64,000 bases of DNA. Source: Squalus acanthias (taxonomy: Eukaryota). This document shows positions 51,944 to 64,000 of this stretch, in pieces. Made by a program: the position numbers and the translations under genes. The stretch is from positions 79,300,001-79,364,000 of the forward strand of contig CM059432.1 in assembly GCA_030390025.1 (NCBI GenBank), given 5' to 3'. Within the stretch, counting starts at the first letter, position 1, and the number at the start of each line of letters is the position of its first letter. The notes beneath the pieces were generated by a model. That model was not told where the DNA came from and did no database searches. It was given only the letters and a program-made list of their open reading frames with translations.

Positions 51944-52579
51944 TACCAAAATATAATACCAAAATTAATACATAAAATAATCCAGCAACAAGTAATAGGA
52001 TATTAGTAAAAGTAATAATGATTTATTGAATGATATTACATAATTTAGCATTACATAAAATGTTTAGTGCTAATATTTAATATATTTATTGTTTAGCTAC
52101 TTTTGGAGGAGACAACATCTCACTGAGTTAATGAACAAAAACAATACTATTGGCTGATATAATGTTTGATATTAAATGTAATGATCCTTTGCTTAGCATC
52201 CATATTTTGATTATTTTTACAACATGTAAGATTACATTTGAAGCAGAAAATTATAAAGGGACACTGACAGAGAATATCTGAGTAGGTGTTGGTCTCCAAT
52301 CACTGCAAACAAGTGTGGTACCCACACTCTCTTCCCTATTTTAACTCTCTTAAACTGTGTGTAAGCCATTATTATATATTGTCATAACACTATTCCCTAA
52401 CTATTTATCGGCATCCTGTAATCAAAATATTAAGATTTCTGCGACTTTCTGTAGGTGTGAATTGCGTTCAACCATAGATATCTCCTCGAGTTCAGTGGCA
52501 TCAATCACTCCTGTAAGTGGTCTGAGCGCTTTACTTTTGTGGCAGTTGACTCACACTGCCCTGTTTCTACTCGTATGTA

Positions 52580-52788
52580 ATTGAGAAGTCGCACAACACC
52601 AGGTTATAGTCCAACAGTTTTATTTGAAATCACAAGCTTTCGGAGTTACTGCTCCTTCGTTCACCCGACGAAGGAGCAGTAACTCCGAAAGCTTGTGATT
52701 TCAAATAAAACTGTTGGACTATAACCTGGTGTTGTGCGACTTCTCAATTTTGTCCACCCCAGTCCAACACCGGCATCTCCGCATCATG
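52580..52788. mobile_element. Palindromic solo Penelope terminus
   Basis: Near-identical to the terminus of 36823-40194; 82-bp perfect inverted arms; 14-bp TSD tctactcgtatgta at 52566-52579 and 52789-52802. Confidence 0.92.
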
Positions 52789-54637
52789 TCTACTCGTATG
52801 TAGCAGAGCATGGGAGGGTAACAATGAAACTCACTTGTGATCTGGACTGGATCTCCATGTCTTTCACATGTGTGTCTCTTCAATCTCACCAACTGTGGAC
52901 CAAATTATCATTAGATGAGACAAAGTTTGATTTGCTTCGTAAATTGCTTTATTCCACAGTAAAGTGAAACATGTATGAGCAGAGTCGCTGGGTTCAGTCG
53001 ATACAACGTGGCTTCACGTAATGATATAAAATAAAGAACATACGATGCTATCCCACTTTGGTGGGTTATCTTGCCTAACTTAAACAGAATAATCGCTCTG
53101 CAACTGTCTTCCAGTCCTGGAGTAGAACACCTTCTCCCTGCCGTTTCCTGTCTTTTGCTGCCCGACTGCCCATGCAGTTCTGTTTCCAAACACTAGACTA
53201 ACTGGGGTCGCTGGAATGTCAAATTATCTTTCACTGTCTCAAGGATGTTAGGTTTCAGACAGGGCATCTGAACCCAATACACATTTGCAAGCTTGCTGCC
53301 CTGTGCAATAAATCCCTTTGAAATGTGGTTTAACTTAGAAACACATTTTAATATAATTCCTATCTAGATCCTTTTCATGGAAAAATGTGAATAAAATGCA
53401 GAAACTTGAATGTGTTTATGAATGCTTTTTCTCCCTAATAGTTGAACAATTTCCAATATTCAAAAGATAGTACAGGAGTATTATTTTTACTATTCGTATT
53501 TCTCTTTTTTTTATGCAATGGCTATTTTCTCACCAGTTTCCTTAATTCCCCCGCCCCCACACACACACACTCCCAGGCCATACATGCTCAAGTAAGGAAT
53601 AATAGATTTTATGGGGGGAAATTATTTTGTCCGATGAACTGGAGCGAAGTTATCCAGCTTGGTTCGTGTTTAAGCTTCTGCAATACTCTAAAACAAATTG
53701 GTGCTTTCTTTCAGAATTATGAAAGCCTTATCTGAAAATTAAATGTTCTTGCCCTCTAATGATCAAACTTAGACAATGTTGTATGGTCTTGTTATGATTG
53801 TTTGCTCGTTTCTAGTTTTCAACAGGAATTGATTTGACTTGTTTTATTTGGAAAAAAGTTACTTGAATTAAATTCAGTGTGGACTTTGCGTCATGTGTTG
53901 TGTCAAAAGGGTAGTCACATTTCCAGTGTTCTGCAGAGAAAGAAAATAAGTATTGGGGTAGTGATAATCTACACTATCTCCTTAGAATGTCCATACAAAG
54001 GAAACATGGGTCATCAAATAAATAAATTCCTGGGAAAGGCAGAAGAGCACAGAGACACGTCATCACTTAAGGAACCACTGTCAAAAATTCCTCTCCGACC
54101 CTCAAGGATGATCAGCCAAGCCCTAAGAGGCCCCAACCTATTAATTATTCCCCAAAATCTTACGTTCCCTCTCTTGTGATTTTGTAGTTTTCCATAAAAG
54201 TGTCTAACACTTTTTTGAAGGACTGCAAGCACTATCACCTCCGAAATGTCTTTCCGTAGATCAATTACACTCTGTGAAAAATAAAACTTCCGCACATCAA
54301 ACCTCACTTCCTGCTTCCCCAATTTAAATGGGTGGCCTATAATTCTGCCCGGTCCCATCTTGCACTACTGTCAAAGTCCAATTTCACCCCCTATAGCTCA
54401 TTTTTAGAAGACTTAAAATACCTTTTCCTGAGTACCAATGTGGCTTTCTCTCATCATACACACTTCTCTTCCTCCCAGGGATATATATTAGGTTTTACAT
54501 CCTTTCAAGATGTTTTTGAAAGTGTCCCATTTCCTTTGTATGTTGCAGCTAATCCAGTTTCCTCTCCTTTTGAAGCATCACTAGATGTTTCTTTACTTTC
54601 GTAAACCGAGAAATTTGAAAATGAAACTGCAGCATAC

Positions 54638-54771
54638 AAAAGCAAAATACTGCGGATGCTGGAAATCTGAAATAAAAACAGAAAATGCTGGAAATACTCA
54701 GCAGGTCAGGCAGGCAGCATCTGTGGAGAGAGAAACAGAGTTAACGTTTCAGGTCAATGACCCTTCATCAG
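54638..54771 (-). mobile_element. 134-bp PLE-type terminal insertion with a hammerhead-like motif (second family)
   Basis: 13-bp TSD aactgcagcatac at 54625-54637 and 54772-54784; minus strand reads CUGAUGA AGGGUC-AUU-GACCU GAA ACGU U AAC. Confidence 0.75.
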
Positions 54772-54933
54772 AACTGCAGCATACTGTTATCCCTGAGCCT
54801 GCTCCACTTGCATATTTTAAATCTTGTGATGGAGTAGTCTAAATCAGCAAGGTGCTCACTGTATTATATTTTTCAACTGTAATTTCTATCTTGGTTTCCA
54901 TCAACTGGTTGTCCTTGTATCTGATGCTTCATG

Positions 54934-57900
54934 GCAATACCAGCATTTATTGCCCATCCCTAATTGCCCTCGAGAAGATGGTGGTGAGCCGCCTTCTTCA
55001 ACCGCTGCAGTCCGCATGGTGAAGGTACTCCCACAGTGCTGTTAGGTAGGGAGTTCCAGGATTTTGACCCAGCGACAATGAAGGAACGGCGATATATTTC
55101 CAAGTCAGGATGGTGATGGTGTTCCCATGCGCCTGCTACCCTTTTCCTTCTAGGCGGTAGAGGTCGCGGGTTTGGGAGATGCTGTCACAGAAGCCTTGGT
55201 GAGCTGTTGCATTGCATCTTGTAGACGGTACATACTGCAGCCACGGTGCACCGGTGGTGGAGGGAGTGAATGTTTAAGGTGGTGGATGGGGTGCCAGTCA
55301 AGCGGGCTGCTTTGTCCTGGATAGTGTCAAGCTTCTTGAGTGTTGTTGGAGCTGCACTCATCCAGGCAAGTATAGAGTCATAGAGTAGTACAGCATGGAA
55401 GGAGGCCATTTGGCCCATCAGGTCTGCGCTGGCTCTTGCAAAGAGCAGTCCAGTTAGTCCCAGTCTTCCGCTCTTTCCCCATATCCCTGCAATTTTTTCG
55501 CCAAGTATTTATCCAATTCCCTGTTGAAGGCTAGTATTGAATCTGTATCCACCACCCTATCAGGCAGTGCATTCCAAATCCTAACCACTTGCTGCGTAAA
55601 AAAGTTTTTCCTCATGTCACCTCTGGTTCTTTTGCCAATCACCTTGAACCTGTGCCCCCTGATTATCGGCCCTTCAGCAATTGGAAACAGTTTCTTTTTA
55701 TTTACTCTATCTAAACCTTTCATGATTTAACCACCTCTATCAAATCTCCTCTTAGCCTTAGAACATAAGAATATAAGAATTAGGAGCAGGAGTAGACCAT
55801 ACGGCCCCTCGAGCCTGTTCTGCCATCCAACAAGACCATGGCTGATCTTCGACCTCAACTCCAGTTTCCCGCCCGATCCTCATATCCCTCGATTCCCCAT
55901 GAATCCAAAAATCTATCTATCTCAGCCTTGAATATACGCAAAGACTCAGCATTCACAGCCCTCTGGGGCAGAGAATTCCAAAGATTCACAACCCTCTGAG
56001 TGAAGAAATTCCTCTTCATCTCAGTCTTAAATGGCTGACCCCTTATCCTGAGACTATGCCCCCTAGTTCTAGACTCTCCAGCCAGGGAAACAACCTCTCA
56101 GCATCTACCCTGTCAATCCCCCTCAGAATCTGATATGTTTCAATGAGATCACCTCTCATTCTTCTAAACTCGAGAGAGTATAGGCCCAATCTACTCAATC
56201 TCTCCTCATAGGACAACCCTCTCATCCCAGGGATTAATCTAGTGAACCTTCGTTGCACCACCTCTAAGGCAAGTATGTCCTTCCTCAGATAAGGAGACCA
56301 AAACTGTGCACAGTACTCCAGGTGTGGTCTCACCAAAGCCCTGTACAATTGTAGTAAGACTTCCTTACTTTTGTACTCCAAACCCCTGGCAATAAAGGCC
56401 AACATGCCATTTGCCTTCCTTATTGTTTGCTGTACCTGCATGCTAACTTTCTGTGTTTCCTGTACAAGGATACTTAAATCTCTCTGAACACCAACATTTA
56501 ACAGTTCCTCACCATTTAAAAAATATTCTGTTTTTCTATTCTTCCTACCAAAGTGAATAACCTCCCATTTTCCCACATCATACTCCATCTGCCACCTTAT
56601 TGCCCACTCACTTAACCTGTCTATATCCCTTTGCAGGCTCTTTGTGTCCACCTCACAGATTACTTTCCCACTTAGCTTTGTATTGTCAGCAAACTTGGAT
56701 ACACTGCACTTGGTCCTTTCATCTAAGTCATTAATATAGATTGTAAATAGCTGAGGCCCAAGCACTGATCCTTACGGCACCCCACTAGTTATAGCCTGCC
56801 AACCGGAAAATGACCAGTTTATTCCTACTCTCGTTTCTGCCCGTTAACCAATCCTCTATCCATGCTAATATATTACTCCCAGCCCCATGAGCCCTTATCT
56901 TGCATAGCAACCTTTCATGTGGCACCTTATCGAATGCCTTTTGGAAATCCAAATATACTACATCCACTGGTTCCCCTTTATCTACCCTATTAGTTATGTC
57001 CTCAAAAACTCTAATAAATTTGTTAAATACGATTTCTCTTTCATAAAACCATGTTCACTCAGCCTAATCGTAATGGCCTGGATTTTGCGGGGCTGATGAC
57101 ATAAGCCTTGTAAAAGGCCCCGCAAGTTCTGGGTTTCTGCCTGTGCTGCACATGCACAAAAACTCGGAGCTTGCAATCTGTCATGGTTCACCTTGACAGA
57201 TCATACAAACCAACCCAAAAATCACTTTCGCTGGTGCAGAGTTGAGCTATTTGCCCAACTACTGCCCAGCAAATGCCCACGAAACCCTTACGCCTGGTAA
57301 AAGCAGGCATAGGACCTGTTTTAACCAGCATAAGAGCTAATATAAATGTTAAAATAAAAATGTTAAAATAAAAAATCATCCACAAACATTTAAAATTAGT
57401 TTATGTAAATTTTGGCCCGGATTAAAATGTTTAAAATTATTTTTCAAAAAAATAAATTGTTATTGTAAATGCTTCATTAAAGGGACTTTTAATTAAATTT
57501 GAAAGCGGGAACATTTATTTTTATTCCACTTATGTAAATTATTTATTTATTTTTTGTTATTATTTAATTATTTCGGGATTCCCCATATGCTGATAGGGAT
57601 TCCGTTCGTAAATGGAATCCCCATAAGCATGATGAGGAATCCTCCTTTCTGATAGGAGGACCTATCCCACATGATCCCATGAACGCTTCAGAACCGCCTG
57701 CGTCTCTGGGATTCGTGGGCCTTTACGCAGGTGCACGCAAGCAGGCCCAGGACCCAAAGTCTCCAAAGCCCAGGAGCCTGAAGGTAGGTTCGGATTTTTT
57801 TTCGGGTCGGTGGTGTATTCTGGAGGTACGCCTCCAACTGCAAATTCTGGCCCATTATGATTTTCTAAGTGCCCTGTTAACACTTCCTTAATAATGGATT

Positions 57901-58224
57901 CTAGAATTTTCCCAATGACTGATATCAGGCTAACTGGCCTGTAGTTCCCGGTTTTCCCTCTCCCTCCTTTCTTGAATAGCGGGATTACATTTGCTACCTT
58001 CCATCACACTCCTGATGTGCCTTGTAAATGGTGGAAAGGCTTTGGGGAGTCAGGAGGTGAGTCACTCGCTGCAGAACACCCAGCCTCTGACCTGCTCTTG
58101 TAGCCGCAGTATTTATGTGGCTGGTCCAGTTAAGTTTCTGGTCAATGGTGATCCCCAGGATGTTGATTCTGGGGGATTCGGTGATGGTAATGCTGTTGAC
58201 TGTCAAGGGGAGGTGGTTTGACTC
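54934..58224 (-). mobile_element. Nested LINE pile: LINE 3' end (54934-55371 plus 57999-58224) interrupted by two CR1 fragments (55372-55758, 55760-57998)
   Basis: ORFs 55185-55418, 55454-55723, 56043-56765 and 57994-58206. The outer LINE rejoins as tccaggcaagt|..ttccatcacactcc (compare 58720-58750). Confidence 0.85.
57075..57853. mobile_element. Harbinger-like MITE with AT-rich core, inside a CR1
   Basis: TIRs ggcctggattttgc / gcaaattctggccc; the CR1 resumes after it. Confidence 0.78.
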
Positions 58225-58225
58225 T

Positions 58226-60540
58226 TTTTTAAAAATTTGTTTATGGGATCAGGACGCCGCTGGCAATGCCAGCATTTATTGCCCATCCCTAGTTGCCCTT
58301 GAGAAGGTGGTGGTGAGCCGCCTTCTTGAACCGCTGCAGTCCGTGTGGTGATGGTACTCCCACAGTGCTGTTAGGTAGGGAGTTCCAGGATTTTGACCCA
58401 GCAACGATGAAGGATCAGCAATATACTTCTAAGTCAGGATGGTGTGTGACTTGGAGGGGAACTTGGAGGTGGTGGTGTTCCCATGCGCCTGCTGCCCTTG
58501 TCCTTCTAGATGGAAGAGGTCGCGGGTTTGGAAGGTGCTGCCGAAGAAGCCTTGGCGAGTTGCTGCAGTGCATCTTGTAGATGGTACACACTGCAGCCAC
58601 GGTACGCCAGTGGTGGAGGGAGTGAATGTTTAAGGTGGTGGATGGGGTGCCAATCAAGCGGGCTGCTTTGTCCTGGATGGTGTCGAGCTTCTTGAGTGTT
58701 GTTGGAGCTGCACTCATCCAGGCAAGTGGCGACTTTTCCATCACACTCCTGACTTGTGCCTTGCAGATGGTGGAAAGGCTTTGGGGAGTCAGGAGGTGAG
58801 ACACTCACCGCAGAATACCTAGCCATGACCTGCTCTTGTTGCCACAGTATTTATGTGGCTGGTCCAGTTAAGTTTCTGGTTAATGGTGACCCCCAGGATG
58901 TTGATAGTGGGGGATTCGGCGATGGTAATGCCATTGAATGTCAAGGGGAGGTAGTTAGACTCTCGCTTGTTGGAGATAGTCATTGCCTGGCACTTCTGTA
59001 GCGCGAATGTTACCTGCCACTTATCAGCCCAAGCCTAAACGTCGTCCAGGTCTTGTTGCATGCGGGCATGGACTGCTTCATTATCAGTGGAGTTGCGAAT
59101 GGCGCTGAACACTGTGCACTCATCAGCGAACATCCCCATTTCTGACCTTATGTTGGAGGGAAGGTCATTGATGAAGCAGCTGAAGATGGTTGGGCCTAGG
59201 ACACTACTCTGAGGAACTCCTGCAGCGATGTCCTGGGGCTGTGATGATTGACCTTCAACCACCACAACCATCTTCCTTTGTGCTAGGTATGACTCCAGCC
59301 AGTAGAGAGTTTTCCCCCTGATTCCCATTGACTTCAGTTTTACTAGGGCTCCTTGATGCCACACTCGGTCAAATGCTGCCTTGATGTCAAGGGCAGTCAC
59401 TCTCACCTCACCTCTGGAATTCAGCTCCTTTGTCCATGTTTGGACCAAGGCTGTAATGAGGTCGGGAGCCAAGTGGTCTTGGCGGAACCCAAACTGGGCA
59501 TCAGTGAGCAGGTTATTGGTGAGTAAGTGCCGCTTGATAGCACTGTCGATGACACCTTCCATCACTTTGCTGATGATTGAGAGTAGACTGATGGGGCGGT
59601 AATTGGCCGGGTTGGATTTGGCCTGCTTTTTGTGGACAGGACATACCTGGGCAGTTTTCCACATTGTCGGATAGATGCCAGTGTTGTAGCTGTACTGGAA
59701 CAGCTTGGCTAGAGGCGCGGCTAGTTCTGGAGCACAAGTCTTCAGCACGATAGCTGGGATGTTGTCGGGGTCCATAGCCTTTGCTGTATCCAGTGCGCTC
59801 AGCCGTTTCTTGATATCACGTGGAGTGAATCGAATTGGCTGAAAAATGGCTTCTGTGATGGTGGGGACCTCGGGAGTAGGCCGATATGGATCATCCACTC
59901 GGCACTTCTGGCTGAAGTTGGTTGCAAACGCTTCAGCCTTGTCTTTTGCACTCACGTGCTGGGCTCCACCATCATTGAGGATGGGGATATTCTTGGAGCC
60001 GCCTCCTCCTCCCGTTAGTTGTTTAATGGTCCACCACCATTCACGACTGGATGTGGCAAGACTGCAGAGCTTTGATCTGATCCGTTGATTGTGGGATCGC
60101 TTAGCCCTGTCTATAGCATGCTGCTTCCGCTTTTTAGCATGCATGTAGTCCTGTGTTGCAGCTTCCCCAGGTTGGCACCTCATTTTTAGGTACGCCTGGT
60201 GCTGCTCCTGGCATGCTCTTCTACACTCCTTATTGAACCAGGGTTGGTCCCCTGGTTTGGTGGTAATGGTAGAGTGAGGGATATGCCGGGCCATGAGGTT
60301 GCAGATTGTGGTGGAATACAATTTTGCTGCTGCCCCACAGCGCCTCATGGATGCCCAGTTTTGAGCTGCTAGATCTGTTCTGAATCTATCCCATTTAGCA
60401 CAGTGGTAGTGCCACACAACACAATGGAGGGTGTCCTCAGTGTGAAGACGGGTCTTCGTCTCCACAATGACTGTGCGGTGGTCACTGCTACCAATGCGGT
60501 CATGGACAGATGCATCTGTGACAGGTGAGGACGAGGTCAA
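58226..60540 (-). mobile_element. 5'-truncated CR1-group non-LTR retrotransposon (RT)
   Basis: 501-aa ORF 59035-60540 (NYRPISLL, LDIKAAFDRVWH, GVPQSSVLGP, MFADE) and downstream fragments. Confidence 0.9.
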
Positions 60541-60618
60541 TTGGCAGCTCTCTCATGTGTTATAATTTACAGAATTTGGCTGTTATATGTGTTTCCCTGT
60601 ACATGTGACAATTGGCTC

Positions 60619-60982
60619 CAGGAAACTCTTTATTAACCGGCACCGACGGGACCGGCGTGGTGCCGGTTAATCAAAAAGTCCGGATAACGGAGAGTTATAT
60701 CTCCCAACGTACGAGAGCCCCGTACACACTGACATGCGCCTGCATTCGGAGCTCCGTCTCCCCGGGGACCGCCAGCTGACCATCTGTCGTGTCCGCTGCC
60801 TACCCGGGCTGCACATTCCCCTCCCAATCTACATGCTCCGATACAAGGCAAAAGCCTCGGGGTTTTTTTAAAAGTTATTTTTAAAGGAGAGATGAAGGAA
60901 AACCCCGGTTACCTACTCAAGAATTTTGCCGGTTAAGAGAGATTTCCGGTTATTTGGGTGCCGGTTAAAAGAGAGTTTCCTG
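60619..60982. mobile_element. Tc1/mariner (pogo/Tigger-like) MITE
   Basis: 26-bp TIR caggaaactctttattaaccggcacc / ggtgccggttaaaagagagtttcctg; TA present on the right flank only. Confidence 0.7.
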
Positions 60983-61417
60983 TATATTCATAGGGGCCTG
61001 GAGTTTCCTCCTTGGGCGCACCCCGGAAGTTAGACCTGAAAATGCACCCAAAGTTGCCCTCATTTTGCCGATGCCAAATTACACCCAAGTATCCTCCCAA
61101 TCTCATTAGCATACACCTGAACTTAAAATGGGCGTAAATCAGCGTAAACAATCGGTGCATAAAGAAACCCTGAACCCACACCAGTATATTTCTTCTTTGA
61201 GTCTTAAAATTTAAGTTTCAAGTCATTTCACCATCATTTATGCACATCGGGCACAGCATGTTTAATAACCTGCAATCGAGGAAGTTTTTTAATTTTTAAT
61301 GTGACATATTTATGCCATAAAAATGCATTAAAAGAAACAGAAAAAAAGAGTGGTCTCTGTGAGGATAATTTTTTGTTAAAACACTCAAAAAATTGCAATT
61401 AAAAGACCAGAAATAAT

Positions 61418-62825
61418 GGCCCAGCTATTCTAATCCCTACGGGTGGATACGCACTGTGTACCCACCCATAGGGACATCGGAAATGCCGGTTTCAGGCATG
61501 CACAGCACATGCGCTGAAAACCGGCATTTCCGATCTGTGAAGAATGGTCTTGACAGATCCTCCGGCTGCCCTGGAGAAGGGCCTCTGCGGGCGGATAGTT
61601 CCGCTTTTTGGAGACCCTCCGCCCGCAGAAAACCCTTACAATTCTTACGCCTGGTAAAAGCAGGTGTAAGGCCTGCTTTGACCAGGATAAGAGTTGAAAA
61701 AAGTTTTAAAAAAAAAATTTCACTGATTTATCATTTAAAAATACTTTAAAAAAGTTACGTTTATTTTCAGCCCCGTAAAAAACTTTAATTATTTTTTCAA
61801 AAAATTAAATTTTTGTTTAAAATACTTAGGGCTGGATTTTCATTGACCCGTGGAGGTGGGTTTGGAGGCGTGTGGGGGGTTAAAATTGCGAAAACTGGTG
61901 GGCGGGCACAAGCCTGCCTCCATGCAATTTTCATTAAATCGTGTCTGCTGGTCCCGACTCCGTTCCGCCTCCAAGAGGCGGGATAGGCTGTTAAGGCCCT
62001 TAACAAGCGCTAAATTGCCTCTATAATGCCATTTTGAAAGGCCTTTGTGATTTTAACCCTTTTTCTATGTGAAGCACGCCTGTTCTGAACCACGAATGTG
62101 AAACCTGGCGGGAGCATGGCTGGCTGGCTGGCATGCATATCTGGGAGTGGTGGTGGATGGGAGACATATCTGGGAGTGGTGGTGCAAAAATATCTGGGAG
62201 CAGACTTAGGGCTGCTGCTGCTCATTTTGCATCCAGGTCCTCTCACAGCAAAGGCCAGGCAGTCTCTGAAGACCTTCAATGCAGCAGCAATGATGACATC
62301 ATCAGAGGCGACTTTCAGACTGAAAGCACTAATTGGGTCATGGGTTCCCACATGCTGGAACTCAATTGCCCAATTAGGTGAAAATCGCATCAATCTCCCA
62401 CATCCAATTGCAGTCGGGTGGATAACACGAAAAATGGATCACACGACACCAGCCCGCCCCAGTATCAAAATCCAGCCCATAATTTATTGTAATTTCAAGT
62501 CATTTTAAAAATATGATGTTTTTTTAAATTTATTTAAAGCTTTACTATGTTTTTGGGGTGAGTTCCATTCATATATTTGACAGGTCTTCCTGTCAAGTGT
62601 ATGAAGGGAGATTTCCTTCTTTGATTGGCTCCCCATGGCCCACGTGATCCCAGGGACGCTGCGAACTACATGCGCCTCTGGGATACGTGGGCCCTGCACA
62701 CTTGCAGTTTGGAGAGGCCCAGGAGCAGAAGCGTGTGCGTCCCGGGAGCCCTCAGGTAAGGGCGTAGATTTTTCCAGCTCACAGGCCTCCGCCCGCGGGA
62801 GGCCTGCGATGGGAAAATACGGGCC
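61418..62825. mobile_element. MITE (reverse copy of 7233-7989) with a nested MITE at 61829-62478 (reverse copy of 3062-3682)
   Basis: Direct reverse-complement matches; TIRs at all four ends. Confidence 0.85.
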
Positions 62826-63269
62826 ATTACTTTGTTTCTTGCTGTGCATGAAAATCTGGGCGCAATGTGGAGAGACCCCCCCTTTTACCGAACTAGCGCA
62901 ATTGGAGGATAGTCCCATTTGAGAGTCGGGGGGGCGTAGCCAGTTTTGCCCGGACGGAGACTTTCATGGACTGATGTAAAAGATCGACGAGACTTGGGCA
63001 TTTCGTAGTTACCCGGGTAACTCATGGCAAAAATTTCACGATCTTTTAAGCCACGTAATTGGTTTGTGTCCAGATTATCTGCAGAGGAAATTCCAGGCCA
63101 TTGTATACACCGATAACATTTACTGTAATAATTCTAAAAAAGGAAGATAACCTAGGAGATGAGGAAGAATCTCTGATATATTTAAATACTGAAAGTGACA
63201 TTAGTAATGGTGGCAACTCTAGTACAGTTTTAATCAGATTCAGATAAAAAAAACCTCAAAAGGATCAAG

Positions 63270-64000
63270 ATGCCCTCGACCGTGTCCGTTCTATCTCCCG
63301 CACTTCTGCCCTCACCCCTCCCCCTCCCTCCCGGAACCACGATAGGGTTCCCCTTGTCCTCACCTTTCACCCCACCAGCCTCCACATTCAACGGATCATC
63401 CTCCGCCATTTCCGCCACCTCCAGCGTGATCCCACCACCAAACACACCTTCCCCGCACCTCCCCTTTCAGCATTCCGCAGGGACCGCTCCCTCCGCGACA
63501 CCCTAGTCCACTCCTCTACCACCCCCAGCACCCCTTCCCCTTCGCCCGGCACCTTCCCGTGCACGCGCAGGAGATGCAACACATGCCCTTACACCTCCCC
63601 TCTTCCCACTGTCCAGGGCCCCAAACACCCCTTCCAGGTGAAACAGCGATTTACTTGTACTTCCTGCAATTTAGTATACTGTATTCGCTGCTCACGATGT
63701 GGTCTCCTCTACATTGGGGAGACCAAACGCAGATTGGGTGACCGCTTTGCGGAACACCTCCGTTCAGTCCGTAAGGGGGACCCCGAGCTCCCGGTGGCCT
63801 GTCACTTTAATTCACCGCTTCACTCCCACTCTGACCTCACCGTCCTCGGCCTATTACACTGTTCCACGGAAGCGCAGCGTAAGCTCGAGGAACAGCACCT
63901 CATCTTTCGTTTAGGCACGCTACAGCCCTCTGGACTCAATATCGAGTTCAACAATTTTAGATCATAACCTCAGCTCCAATCACATTTATATTTTATTTTT
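63270..64000 (+). mobile_element. Penelope-like element 3' fragment (GIY-YIG)
   Basis: ORF 63638-63967: NLVYCIRCSRCGLLYIGETKRRLGDRFAEH...GLN. Confidence 0.88.

Noticed and set aside
61418..62825. Possible large inverted segmental duplication with the window start
   Set aside because: Similarity stops at the TIRs, and the two elements are nested here but separate at 3062 and 7233, so these are independent insertions.
51832..64000. SNORD87/SNHG6 expected from mammalian synteny
   Set aside because: No convincing C/D box pair or guide sequence seen; an Rfam scan is needed.

Overview
Vertebrate genomic DNA, most likely from a shark or other cartilaginous fish; this is inferred from the repeat landscape (CR1, L2 and RTE LINEs, Deu-type tRNA SINEs, Penelope-like elements (PLEs), many PIF/Harbinger derivatives). 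The only host gene I can support is MCMDC2, a meiotic MCM-domain protein, on the + strand. Eight phase-consistent GT-AG coding exons run from 8605 to the TAA at 51831; the 5' exons appear to lie upstream of the window. Most of the remainder is nested, mostly decayed transposon sequence. The most notable features are: (1) PLE insertions at several scales, several of them inverted, carrying minimal hammerhead-ribozyme motifs, including a perfect 82-bp palindrome just downstream of the MCMDC2 stop; (2) a transposase-deleted Harbinger element that keeps an open, spliceable 3-exon Myb/SANT gene; (3) related Harbinger-like MITEs whose internal palindromes are conserved in position while changing in sequence; (4) a recurrent A/T asymmetry in Harbinger 3-bp target-site duplications (TSDs). 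All calls were made by eye with no database searches, and TE boundaries are approximate unless a TSD is quoted.
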